64,000 bases of DNA, from positions 192,001 through 256,000 of the forward strand of contig JBCCWC010000001.1 in NCBI GenBank assembly GCA_039194325.1, read 5' to 3'. The translations under genes were made by a program, and so were the position numbers. This document shows, in pieces, positions 48,857 through 58,055 of this stretch (the stretch's first letter is position 1; every line of letters starts with the position of its first letter). Source of the stretch: Myxococcota bacterium. GTDB taxonomy: Bacteria > Myxococcota_A > Polyangia > Nannocystales > Nannocystaceae. Below the pieces are notes generated by a model. That model was not told the DNA's origin. It did no database searches and saw nothing but the letters and a program-made list of their open reading frames with translations.

Positions 48857-50025
48857 TGATTCAACTCCCGACAGTGGCGCCGCCCGAGCATGCTCGAGAG
48901 ATAGGCGCCGAGATTGACCTCGAGTATGTCCTGGGCTCCCCCGCCCGCGATGCCCCCGTGGAAATCACGGAGGTACCGTTCATAATTGCTATGTCTCATG
49001 TATCCGCAGCCCCCGGTGACCCGCAGGGCACTGGTGGCCACGGTAATCGCTTGCTCGATCACGTAATACTTGGCGACGGCCATGTCCGGATCGAACACGG
49101 AGCTTCGATCGGCATGGCGAAAGCCGTGCAGCGCCCGGTGGGCCATGGCTCGCGCCGTCTCGACCGCGACGTGCATGCGGCCTAGCGTGGCCTGCACGCT
49201 AGTTAGCTCGCTCAGCGGACGGCCGTATCGCATGGTCTGCCCCACCGAGACGGCCACATCTTCCACGATGGCCCGCATGCGACCCAGCAGGCCGCAGACC
49301 AGTAGCCCCCGGCGATCGTTGAGGAACAGCTGAGCATGGCTGATGCCATCAAAAGGGACGAGCATGCGCTCCTCGGACAGCTCGACCCCCTCGAAGCGAA
49401 GTCGAGCCATGCCCGCAGCGCGGAACCCCGAGACCTCGACCGGCTCGATGGTGACCCCGGGATCATCGCGCTCGATGAGGAATACCGCCAGGTCGTCGTT
49501 GTCTTCACGACGTACGTAGGTCATGAAGACGTCGCCCTCGAGCCCACCGGTGACCATCTGCTTGTCACCGTCGAGCAGGTAGCGGTCGCCCTTCTTCTTC
49601 GCAGTCGAGCGAAAGGAAAATGCGTCGGTACCATCAGAGTAGGCAAAACAGGCAAAGCGCTCCCCTCGAACTAGAGGAGCCACTACCCGCTCGGCTACGG
49701 CTGGAGACGCGGCCTGGTGGATCGCGTTGGCCACCGCGGCGTGAAGACTTAGCACCAAAGGAAACGACCCGTCCTCGCAGTGGTATCCGAGCTCCTCGAG
49801 CACCACGCCCCACCGAAACAGATCGGCCCCACCACCCCCCAAAGCCCGAGGGATCGAGTAGTTCAGCAGGCCGAGCTCGGCGCTCTTGCGAAGCACCGTG
49901 CGAGGGATGCCAATGCCCTCGACATCGCGCTCGATTGCCCCCGGATTGACCTCTTCTCGGACAAAGCCGGCAAACCGCTCGCGCACATCTTCGGCGATCT
50001 CCGCCATCTCATCGCGCAACCACAC
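48853..50025 (-). CDS. Acyl-CoA dehydrogenase-family flavoprotein (atypical)
   Basis: IPRALGGGG, LDGDKQMVT, YGRPL, GGCGYM..ERYLRD. Confidence 0.9.
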   Translation of the reverse strand: MWLRDEMAEIAEDVRERFAGFVREEVNPGAIERDVEGIGIPRTVLRKSAELGLLNYSIPRALGGGGADLFRWGVVLEELGYHCEDGSFPLVLSLHAAVANAIHQAASPAVAERVVAPLVRGERFACFAYSDGTDAFSFRSTAKKKGDRYLLDGDKQMVTGGLEGDVFMTYVRREDNDDLAVFLIERDDPGVTIEPVEVSGFRAAGMARLRFEGVELSEERMLVPFDGISHAQLFLNDRRGLLVCGLLGRMRAIVEDVAVSVGQTMRYGRPLSELTSVQATLGRMHVAVETARAMAHRALHGFRHADRSSVFDPDMAVAKYYVIEQAITVATSALRVTGGCGYMRHSNYERYLRDFHGGIAGGGAQDILEVNLGAYLSSMLGRRHCRELNQ

Positions 50026-50063
50026 CGATCCAGCGTACCGGAATTACCCTTAAGGGCCACCGT

Positions 50064-50097
50064 TTTCGAGTCGAAACTATAAATATCGAAACTATAA
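50064..50097 (-). promoter_or_regulatory. Putative operator: palindrome TTTCGAnTCGAAA plus direct repeat TCGAAACTATAA x2
   Basis: AT-rich island upstream of the ACAD operon; palindrome 50064-50076; direct repeats at 50071 and 50086. Confidence 0.55.
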
Positions 50098-50333
50098 TAA
50101 GACTAGATCACGAACGGAGAGGCGGACGGAAGGGCGACGGCATGCGCAAAGTCGAACAATGTCGACCCGCCGCCCCTCCAGAGTCTCAAAAACGCCCTCA
50201 GGGAATCGCTTGGGTCACCCCCAAGAGCGCAGCTGATGCTCGGGTTGAACAGCGAGCATCACTACACCCGGCCCAGCCAGTAAGTCCGGTCAAGTCCGGT
50301 CAAGTCCGGTCAACGCTCGCGAGCAACGACCGC

Positions 50334-51278
50334 TCAGGCTTGCTCGGCGAGCCAGCGCTCGGCGTCGATGGCCGCCATGCACCCAGTACCCGCAGCCGTG
50401 ATCGCTTGCCGATAGACCTTGTCGGCCACGTCACCGCAGACGAACACGCCGTCGACCGTGGTGTAGCTGCTCCCGAGCTTTCCGATCTGGATGTAGCCCT
50501 GATCGTCCATCGCGAGCTTCCCGGCGAACGGCTTGGAGTTGGGCTCGTGGCCGATCGCGAGGAACATGCCAGTGACCTCGAGGGTCTGGTCGGGCCCACC
50601 GGTGGTGTCCTCGAGCAACAGACCGGTCACACCGTCGTCGCCGAGCACCTCCTTGACCTGCCGGTTCCAGTGCACAGTGATCTTGTCGTGCTCGAGCGCG
50701 CGCTTTTGCATGACCTTGCTGGCTCGGAACTGGTCGCGACGGTGAATGATGTGAACCGAGCGACACATACGGGTGAGGAACAACGCCTCCTCCATGGCAG
50801 TATCGCCCCCCCCGATCACGGCCACGTCTTGGTTGCGATAGAACGCACCGTCGCAGGTGGCGCATGCCGTGACGCCCTTGTTACGCAGCCGTTGCTCGCT
50901 GGGTAGACCCAGGTACTTGGCCGAGGCGCCGGTGGCGATGATCAGCGCATCCGCGGTGTAGACCCCGCTATCACCATGTACGGTAAAGGGGCGCTGAGTG
51001 AGCTCGACCTCGTTGGCCAGGTCGTAGACCACCTGGGTGCCGAAACGTTCAGCTTGCTGACGAAACTCATCCATCATCTCCGGGCCGCCGATCCCGCCCG
51101 GATAGCCGGGGTAGTTCTCGACGTCGGTGGTGGTGGTCAGCTGCCCACCTGGCTCGGGACCCGCCAGCACAACCGGCGAAAGCTCTGCTCGCGCGGCGTA
51201 GAGCGCGGCGGTGTATCCGGCGGGGCCGGCACCGAGGATGAGAACCTTGGAGTGCTTGGTCGAGTTGGTGTCGCTCAT
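50334..51278 (-). CDS. trxB: Thioredoxin-disulfide reductase
   Basis: GAGPAGYTAA, GGQLTTTTDVENYPG, CATCDG, GGGDTAMEEA, YRQAITAAG. Confidence 0.97.
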   Translation of the reverse strand: MSDTNSTKHSKVLILGAGPAGYTAALYAARAELSPVVLAGPEPGGQLTTTTDVENYPGYPGGIGGPEMMDEFRQQAERFGTQVVYDLANEVELTQRPFTVHGDSGVYTADALIIATGASAKYLGLPSEQRLRNKGVTACATCDGAFYRNQDVAVIGGGDTAMEEALFLTRMCRSVHIIHRRDQFRASKVMQKRALEHDKITVHWNRQVKEVLGDDGVTGLLLEDTTGGPDQTLEVTGMFLAIGHEPNSKPFAGKLAMDDQGYIQIGKLGSSYTTVDGVFVCGDVADKVYRQAITAAGTGCMAAIDAERWLAEQA

Positions 51279-51555
51279 GGGAGAAGGTCGGGAGCATAAG
51301 TCCGGGCCTTCGCGGGAGCAACGGCGGCGGCCGAAACGCCGAACTGCCGAAACGAGCGAGCACGCAAAATCGCCGCCGCACGGGGCGCAGCCCTCCGGGG
51401 AAGGACGGAGGACGGACGACCGGAGGAACCGCCCCGTGCAGCAGCAGGCAGGAATCCGTGACGGACGGGGACCGGAGGATTCCGGACAATGACGCGTCTA
51501 TCAAAGACGCGACACGACGGCGAAAAGTTCCCTGGTGGCCGCCTCGATGATCTCC

Positions 51556-53088
51556 CTAATGATCCCGCCAGCGATCCCGCCAGCTGTCCAAGGTCACGAC
51601 GTGGGTCGCCCCATCCCGCTCGAATCGTAGCTCAAGCGACGAGCCCGCGCCGGTGAGGGCATCGGCCACATCGCTCGGGCGCCGCAGCGCCTGGCCATCG
51701 AGCGCTCGCAACCGGTCGCCAGGCTCGATCCCCATTGTCTGGGCCAGCGACCCCGGACGCACCTCGACCACCTCGAGGCCCCCGGGCGTCTCCCGGGCGC
51801 TCACCCCCAAACGAGGACCCTCAGCGGGAGCGCCCGGCGGCTTCGGCGGCTCCTCGGGTTCCTCGGAGGGATCGCCCAGGCCAAAGGGCAGCCGAAACGA
51901 GGGCGAATGGGGCGAACGGGTCGAGCGCTTCGACCCCCGCGAGGAGCGAAGCGCCTCCAGCGAAGATGACTCGGGCCGCGCGCCCAGAGTGACCCGCAGC
52001 TCGAGGACTTCGCCATCCCGTCGCACCAAGAGGGTCACCTCATCCCCCGGCTGCTTGGTCCCCACCCGGGCCCGCAGGGCCTCGAAGCTCTCCAGCGGCT
52101 CACCATCGAGCGCCTCGACCACGTCGCCCGATCGCAGACCCGCCCGCTCGGCGGGGGTGCCCTCGTAGACGCTACCGATCGTCGCGCCGGGCTCGGTGGC
52201 GCCGGGCACGTTGCCCGCCCCCAGCCAGCCCCGGACCACCTCGCCGCGATCGCGCAGCTGCTCGACGATTTGCCGCGCTTGGTCGACGGGGATCGCGAAC
52301 CCGGGGCGCAAGCCCGAGCCGACCGCGGTGTTGATGCCCACCACCTCGCCCCGCAGGTTGAACAGGGGCCCGCCGCTGCTGCCTGGGGCGATGTCGGCGT
52401 CGGTCTGCAGGAAGTCGATGTAGCTGTCGCGGTAGAGCCCCAGACTCCCGCGCCCCTTGCCCGAGATGATCCCCACGGTGGCGGAGTGATCGAGCCCCAT
52501 GGGGTTGCCCAGCGCGACCACCCAGTCGCCGACCTCGAGGGTCTTGCTCTGACCCAAGGTCACCGCGGGCAGGGCGTCGGCGTCCGAGAGGCCGTCCGAG
52601 AGATCTAGCAGGGCCAGATCGGTGGCGGGATCGCTGCCGACGACCTGAGCGTCGAAGCGCCGACCATCGGACAGGCGCACCTGCACCTGCGAAGCGCCGT
52701 CGATCACGTGATGGTTGGTGACCACCAAGCCCTCGGCATCGATGATGAAACCGCTGCCCATGCCCTGTACCGGGCGATCCGCGCCGAGGATCCCCGGCCC
52801 CGCGCGGCGTCCCCGAGCGTCTACCGCGACCACCGCCGGGCCAACCGCCTTGATCATGGGGGCGAGGCTCTGGCGAGGATCGTAGTGGGCGGGATCGAGG
52901 AGCGCGGCGGCAGCCGCAGCGACGGCTGCGCTTTCCGATGGATCGGCGGACGACTCGGCACCGTCGGCAGCCTCGGCCTCGCGACTGCATCCGGTGGAGG
53001 GCAACGTAAGCGCTGCGCCTACAAAACCTACAGCAGCCACCGTGAGCGGTGGCAGACGGCGAAGGAACCGGGCCCGGTGGCGATGCAT
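51556..53088 (-). CDS. HtrA/DegP-like trypsin protease with two PDZ domains
   Basis: GSGFII..VTNHHV, TDLALL, QTDADIAPGSSGGPL, two PDZ domains; lipoprotein-like STG-C. Confidence 0.92.
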   Translation of the reverse strand: MHRHRARFLRRLPPLTVAAVGFVGAALTLPSTGCSREAEAADGAESSADPSESAAVAAAAAALLDPAHYDPRQSLAPMIKAVGPAVVAVDARGRRAGPGILGADRPVQGMGSGFIIDAEGLVVTNHHVIDGASQVQVRLSDGRRFDAQVVGSDPATDLALLDLSDGLSDADALPAVTLGQSKTLEVGDWVVALGNPMGLDHSATVGIISGKGRGSLGLYRDSYIDFLQTDADIAPGSSGGPLFNLRGEVVGINTAVGSGLRPGFAIPVDQARQIVEQLRDRGEVVRGWLGAGNVPGATEPGATIGSVYEGTPAERAGLRSGDVVEALDGEPLESFEALRARVGTKQPGDEVTLLVRRDGEVLELRVTLGARPESSSLEALRSSRGSKRSTRSPHSPSFRLPFGLGDPSEEPEEPPKPPGAPAEGPRLGVSARETPGGLEVVEVRPGSLAQTMGIEPGDRLRALDGQALRRPSDVADALTGAGSSLELRFERDGATHVVTLDSWRDRWRDH

Positions 53089-53116
53089 GGGCGCGGCAAC
53101 CTCGGGAAGGCGAGCG

Positions 53117-55021
53117 TCATTCCCGATCGGCTTCGTCTTTTTCGTCCTTGTCTTTGTCCTCGCCCTCGCCCTCGCCAAAGCCCATCTCGTAGAGCTCGGC
53201 GTAGAGCCCCTTGTTGGCCATCAGCTCCTCGTGGGTGCCCTGCTCGGCGACCCGCCCCTCGCTGAGCACGAGGATCCGGTCGGCCCGGCGCACGGTGCTG
53301 AGGCGATGGGCGATCACCAGCACGCTGCGCCCTTGCAGCAGCTGCTCGATGGCCGCCTGCACCTTTTGCTCGGTGAGGCTGTCGACGTTGGCGGTGGCCT
53401 CGTCGAGGATCAGCAGGGTGGGCTCGCGCGCGGCCACCCGGGCAAAGGCCAGCAGCTGGGCCTCGCCGGCCGAGAGGTTGTCACCCCGCTCGCCCACCGA
53501 GAACGACAGGCCCCCGCGAGCCTGGACGACCCCCTCGGCCTGGACGACCCGCAGCGCCCGGAGCAAGCGCTCGTCGTCGCCGGCGAGCCCGGCCTCGCCC
53601 AGCGAGACGTTGAAGCCCACGTCGTCGTTGAACAGGAACACGTCCTGCTGGACCATCAGCACGTGGCGACGCAGCTGCTCGGGCGGCACGTCGCGCAGCT
53701 CGACGGCCTTGGTCCCGGCTTCGCCGTGACCGGTGAGCCCGACCGAGCCGCGGTAGCCATCGTAAAACCGGGTGATCACGCGGCCCAAGCTCGACTTGCC
53801 CGAGCCGGTACGACCGACCACCGCCACCACTTCGCCGGGGGCCACATCGAAGGAGATCCCCCGCAAGACGTCGGGCCCGTCGTCTTTGTAGCGGAACTGG
53901 AGGTCGCGTACGTGAAGACCGCCCTTCCAGCGAGCGAGCGGGTCACGAGCGTCAGGCTCGGCCCGATCCTCGGCGGGCTCGTCGAGCAGACCATAGATCC
54001 GCTCCAGCGAGGCGGCGGCGCGCTGGATCGTGGCCAGCTTGCCCGAGAACTCCTTGATGGGGCCAAAGACCCGCTGTAGGTAGTCGACGAAGGCAAACAG
54101 CAAGCCCAGCGAGATCGCCCCGTTTTCCACGGCGACCTCGGGCGCGGCAAAGTAGAGCAGCAGCGCGATGGAGAAGGCGGAGATCCCGTCCATCAGGGCG
54201 TAGAGCAGGGCATCGAGCCAGTTGGCCCGCTTGGTGGCCCGCAGGTAGCGGCTGCCCAGCCTGGCATATTGGTTGCGAGCGTCGTCCTCGCGCCCGAACA
54301 GCTGCACCACGGTGACCCCGGCCAGCTGCTCGGCCAAAAACCCCGTCTGCCCCGCCTGAGCCTTGCGCACCTCGAGCTGCAGCCGTCGCAGGGCGGCGCC
54401 CACGTAGCGCACGAGGAAGAAGAGCACGGGGGCCACGGTGAAGCTGATGAGCGCCAGCTTGGGGCTGAGCACGAACATCGCCACGAGGATCGAGCCGATG
54501 ATCACGATGTCGCTGAGGATCGTGAACACCCCAAACGACATGGTCTCGCTGAGCGCTTCCACGTCGGTGGTGGTGCGCGTCAGCAAGCTGCCCATGGCGT
54601 GGTTGTCGAAGAAGCGATTGGGCAGGCGCAGCACGTGGGCGAACACGGTGCGCCGCACGTCGTAGATCGTGGAGTAGCCGGCGCGCTGGAGCGCGTACAT
54701 CTGGGTGGCCTGGCACAAGAACTCGGCGATGACCGCCCCCAAGAAGGCCATGGCGGTCAGGCGCAGACCCAGGGCGTCCCCCCCGGGGATGTCGACGTCG
54801 ACGGCGTGCTTGACCAGCAGCGGCCGCAGGGTGGACATGCCGGCCACGATGGGGATCAGGGCGAGCCCGGACAAGAGCCACCGCCGGTGGGGCCGGGCGA
54901 AGCTCCAAAAGCGCCGCAGCAGGGAGATCGCGCTGGCCTGCCGGGCCGCGGTGGGACCCTCGTCGGGTCGGCTGGCCGGGGACTTGCTCGTGGCCGAGCT
55001 CGCGGAGCGGCGGTCGCTCAT
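53117..55021 (-). CDS. ABC exporter half (TMD+NBD), heterodimer subunit
   Basis: GRTGSGKS, degenerate signature LSAGE, LILDEAT, IAHRLST. Confidence 0.95.
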   Translation of the reverse strand: MSDRRSASSATSKSPASRPDEGPTAARQASAISLLRRFWSFARPHRRWLLSGLALIPIVAGMSTLRPLLVKHAVDVDIPGGDALGLRLTAMAFLGAVIAEFLCQATQMYALQRAGYSTIYDVRRTVFAHVLRLPNRFFDNHAMGSLLTRTTTDVEALSETMSFGVFTILSDIVIIGSILVAMFVLSPKLALISFTVAPVLFFLVRYVGAALRRLQLEVRKAQAGQTGFLAEQLAGVTVVQLFGREDDARNQYARLGSRYLRATKRANWLDALLYALMDGISAFSIALLLYFAAPEVAVENGAISLGLLFAFVDYLQRVFGPIKEFSGKLATIQRAAASLERIYGLLDEPAEDRAEPDARDPLARWKGGLHVRDLQFRYKDDGPDVLRGISFDVAPGEVVAVVGRTGSGKSSLGRVITRFYDGYRGSVGLTGHGEAGTKAVELRDVPPEQLRRHVLMVQQDVFLFNDDVGFNVSLGEAGLAGDDERLLRALRVVQAEGVVQARGGLSFSVGERGDNLSAGEAQLLAFARVAAREPTLLILDEATANVDSLTEQKVQAAIEQLLQGRSVLVIAHRLSTVRRADRILVLSEGRVAEQGTHEELMANKGLYAELYEMGFGEGEGEDKDKDEKDEADRE

Positions 55022-56814
55022 GAGGGCTCCCCCCCTTCGGACTCGCTGCCCTGGTGCAGGTGGGTCTCGGCATAGAGGCCACCCCGAGCCACCAGCTGGG
55101 CGTGCGTGCCCCGCTCGACCACGCGGCCATGGTCGAGCACGAGGATCTCATCGGCGTGCTCGAGCACGCTGGTGCGGTGCGAGACGATGACGGTGGTGGG
55201 GGACTCGTTGGTCAGGGTGCCGCCCCGTAGGTTGCGGATCGCCTCCACCAGCCGCGCCTCGGTGCCCTGGTCGACGGCCGAGAGCACGTCGTCGAGCAGC
55301 AGCAAGGGCCGCATGCGATAGAGCGCCCGGGCCAGCGAGGCCCGCTGCCGCTGCCCGCCCGAGAGCATGACCCCGCGCTCGCCGACCACGGTGGCCAGCC
55401 CGTCGGGCAGCTGACGCACGTCCTCTTCGAGGCAGGCCGCGGCGAGCACCTCGCGCAGGCGCGCGTCGTCGTCGTCTTGGGTCGCACGATCCGCCCATGG
55501 ATCGGCCTCGGCCAGGCGTAGGTTCTCGCGCAGCGTGGTCGAGAACAGGAAGGGCGACTGAGGCACCACGGCGGTCGCCTCCCGCAGCACCCCCAGGTCC
55601 ACCGAGGTCACGTCGCACTCGTCGACGAACACGCTGCCCGGGGGCGGGGTCTGGACCCGAGCGAGTAGGTTGATGAGCGTGGTCTTGCCCGAGCCGGTCT
55701 TGCCAAAGATCCCCAGCGTGGTGCCCGGCGCGACGTCAGCGGATACGTCGTAGAGGGCCGGCTCGTCGCCGTCGGCGTAGGTGAAGGTGAGGTTGCGCAG
55801 TGACAGCCGGGGAGGATCGGCGAGCGTGACCGCCTCCTCGACCGGCGGCAGATCGGCCGGGGTGTCGACCACCTTCTCGATGCGACCGAGCGACACGATC
55901 CCGCGCGAGATCGCGGCGAGCACCCAGGCCAACGCCATCAAGATCCCCACCAGCGACAGCAGCAACGCGGTGAAGGTGGCCAGGTTGCCCACCGGCATGA
56001 GTCCGTCGAGCACCCGCTGGCCGCCCACCCACAGCACGATGCCGGCCGCCACCATGCCCGAGACGCCCAAGATCGGCATGCCGAAGGCCCGGATCGCGGT
56101 CACCCGCAGCTGCAGGCGCAGGTACTCGCCGTTGCGCTCCTCGAAGCGGTCGAGCGCGGCCTGTTCGGCGGCGTGGGCCCGCACGGTCCCGATGCCGGTG
56201 TAGGTCTCGAGCACGCGATCGGACAGCCGCGCCAGCAGCTGCATGGACTCGCGGATCATCCCGAAGAAGCGCCGGACGGTCCACCGCATGTAGAGCGCCC
56301 CCAGCGTCACCGGGGCCAAGCACCACAGGGTGAGCACCGGGTCGGTGGCCCACATCTGGTAGAGGTGCAGGGGGATCGCGACCAACACGTTGCACACCTG
56401 TAGGCCGGCAAAGCCCACCAGCAAGCGAACGGCTTGGGTGTCGTTGCTCGCGATGCTCGTGAGCTCCCCGACCTTGTGCCGCATGTAGAAGGGCCGCTGC
56501 AGGCTCAGCAGGTGGCCGAAGATGTCGACCCCCAGGCGATACTCGATGTCGCGGCCGGGGTTGAAGAACAGCACCCGCGACAGGGTGCGCACCACCATGA
56601 CCGTCAGGCCGAGTATCACCAGCTCGATGGCGAGGTTCTGGCTGTCGTGCAGGGCCTGGGAGCCCCCGATCTCCAGCACGTTGAGCGCCTCGCCGATGAT
56701 CGCGGGGATCCGAACCACCACGTAGTTGGTAGCGAACAACATCACCCCGCCCAGCGCGTACTGGGGGATGTTCTGCCGCGCGTAGCGGTACAGGAAGCGG
56801 AAGACGCTGTTCAC
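55018..56814 (-). CDS. ABC exporter half (TMD+NBD), heterodimer subunit
   Basis: GKTGSGKT, LSGGQRQR, degenerate Walker B LLLDD; ATGA overlap with its partner. Confidence 0.95.
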   Translation of the reverse strand: MNSVFRFLYRYARQNIPQYALGGVMLFATNYVVVRIPAIIGEALNVLEIGGSQALHDSQNLAIELVILGLTVMVVRTLSRVLFFNPGRDIEYRLGVDIFGHLLSLQRPFYMRHKVGELTSIASNDTQAVRLLVGFAGLQVCNVLVAIPLHLYQMWATDPVLTLWCLAPVTLGALYMRWTVRRFFGMIRESMQLLARLSDRVLETYTGIGTVRAHAAEQAALDRFEERNGEYLRLQLRVTAIRAFGMPILGVSGMVAAGIVLWVGGQRVLDGLMPVGNLATFTALLLSLVGILMALAWVLAAISRGIVSLGRIEKVVDTPADLPPVEEAVTLADPPRLSLRNLTFTYADGDEPALYDVSADVAPGTTLGIFGKTGSGKTTLINLLARVQTPPPGSVFVDECDVTSVDLGVLREATAVVPQSPFLFSTTLRENLRLAEADPWADRATQDDDDARLREVLAAACLEEDVRQLPDGLATVVGERGVMLSGGQRQRASLARALYRMRPLLLLDDVLSAVDQGTEARLVEAIRNLRGGTLTNESPTTVIVSHRTSVLEHADEILVLDHGRVVERGTHAQLVARGGLYAETHLHQGSESEGGEPS

Positions 56815-57027
56815 GGGGACGTGCGCGGGGCGCCGGCCCCGAACATACGTCGGTCGCGCCGACTTCGGGACGACACCGAGCGCGACCGGGTTACTAGGCC
56901 CGCAACAGGGGCATAGCCCGGTACCCGGCGGGGCGCGGGGCGCGGGGCGCCCCAGTCAACCAGGGCTTAACGGGGGCTCAACGGGGGCTCAACGGGGCTC
57001 AACGGGGGCTCAACGGGGACTCGGTGC

Positions 57028-57663
57028 TCACTTCTCGGGCTTGTAGTCCTCGTTGACCTTGAGGGTCTCGTCCTTATCGATGGCCTCGAGCTCCTTGTCG
57101 AGCTCGTCGAGCTGCTTGCGGATGTCCGCAAGCCCGGTCGCGAAGCCCTCCTCGGCGGAGATCTCGGGCCCAAGGTCGCCGTTGAGGTTCTGGAACGCGC
57201 GGTACATCCCCACCAGCTTGGCCTGGATGTCGATCTGCGATCCGCCCTCCATGAGCTTCTTATAGTCCTCGTCGAGGGCCTTGTTGTCCTCTTTGTACGT
57301 TTCGAAGAACTTGTCGAACGCCTTTTGGGCGTCCTTGGCCTTGGCCCACTTGGGCGCGTCCTTCTCGGCACGATCGAGCTGCTTGCGGATCGTCCCGAGC
57401 ATCGCTCGGTGCTCGGCCAGCCGGGTCTTGACCCACTCGCGCTCGCCCTTGCGCATGGTGGCGATGTTCTCCTCGGCGAGCTCGTCCTTGTCCTTGAACC
57501 CCGCCTTGCGGCGAGCCTCGGCGAGCTCCTCGGGCGTCATCTTGGGCTTCTTGGGCTTATTGCTCTTGGGCGCCTTTTGGGGCTCGAGCTCGACCTTGGC
57601 TTGCCCGGTGTCGCAGGCGGTCAGCCCCAACACGAGCGCGGCGGCACAGACTAGCGATCGCAT
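57028..57663 (-). CDS. Lys/Glu-rich helical lipoprotein
   Basis: LTA-C lipobox; GAGGGAG RBS. Confidence 0.8.
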   Translation of the reverse strand: MRSLVCAAALVLGLTACDTGQAKVELEPQKAPKSNKPKKPKMTPEELAEARRKAGFKDKDELAEENIATMRKGEREWVKTRLAEHRAMLGTIRKQLDRAEKDAPKWAKAKDAQKAFDKFFETYKEDNKALDEDYKKLMEGGSQIDIQAKLVGMYRAFQNLNGDLGPEISAEEGFATGLADIRKQLDELDKELEAIDKDETLKVNEDYKPEK

Positions 57664-58055
57664 CTTGCTGCTCCCTCGAAGTGAAACGGACCTTACCCGA
57701 ATCGCCCCGGAGGCCCAACCGGCAAGAGACAAGGCGTACGCCTCCCCGAGCCGGGCAATGCCAGGGTTTTCCATGAGAACGGCCGGTTAGGAGGGGTTCC
57801 GGCCTCAGGGTCGGTGCTGGGCTACCGCGAGGAACAACTCGGCCATTGCGGGGAAGCGGCCCTCGAACGCTGATCCGAGGGCCCTTCGAGGGAAGTCACT
57901 CGTGATGCCCGGGTTGCGAAACATCACGAGGATGGCCCCTCATCAAGTCATCCGATCGCTCGATCGCGGGGCGAGCCTCGGCGTTCCAGCAGCAGGCTCG
58001 GGCGAGGTCACGGCGGGGTCACCCCGACCTCCGGACCTCGGAGCACCGCGGGCTG

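Noticed and set aside
50334..51278. trxB as a dedicated part of the Ubl operon
   Set aside because: It is a canonical housekeeping sequence, separated by about 300 bp containing a tandem repeat and a separate promoter-like region
53117..56814. Degenerate ABC motifs as a sign of decay
   Set aside because: One degenerate ATP site is the normal pattern for heterodimeric exporters
57785..57945. 6S RNA, SRP RNA, known riboswitch or retron msr-msd
   Set aside because: No diagnostic motifs recognised and no adjacent reverse transcriptase; kept only as an unassigned structured element
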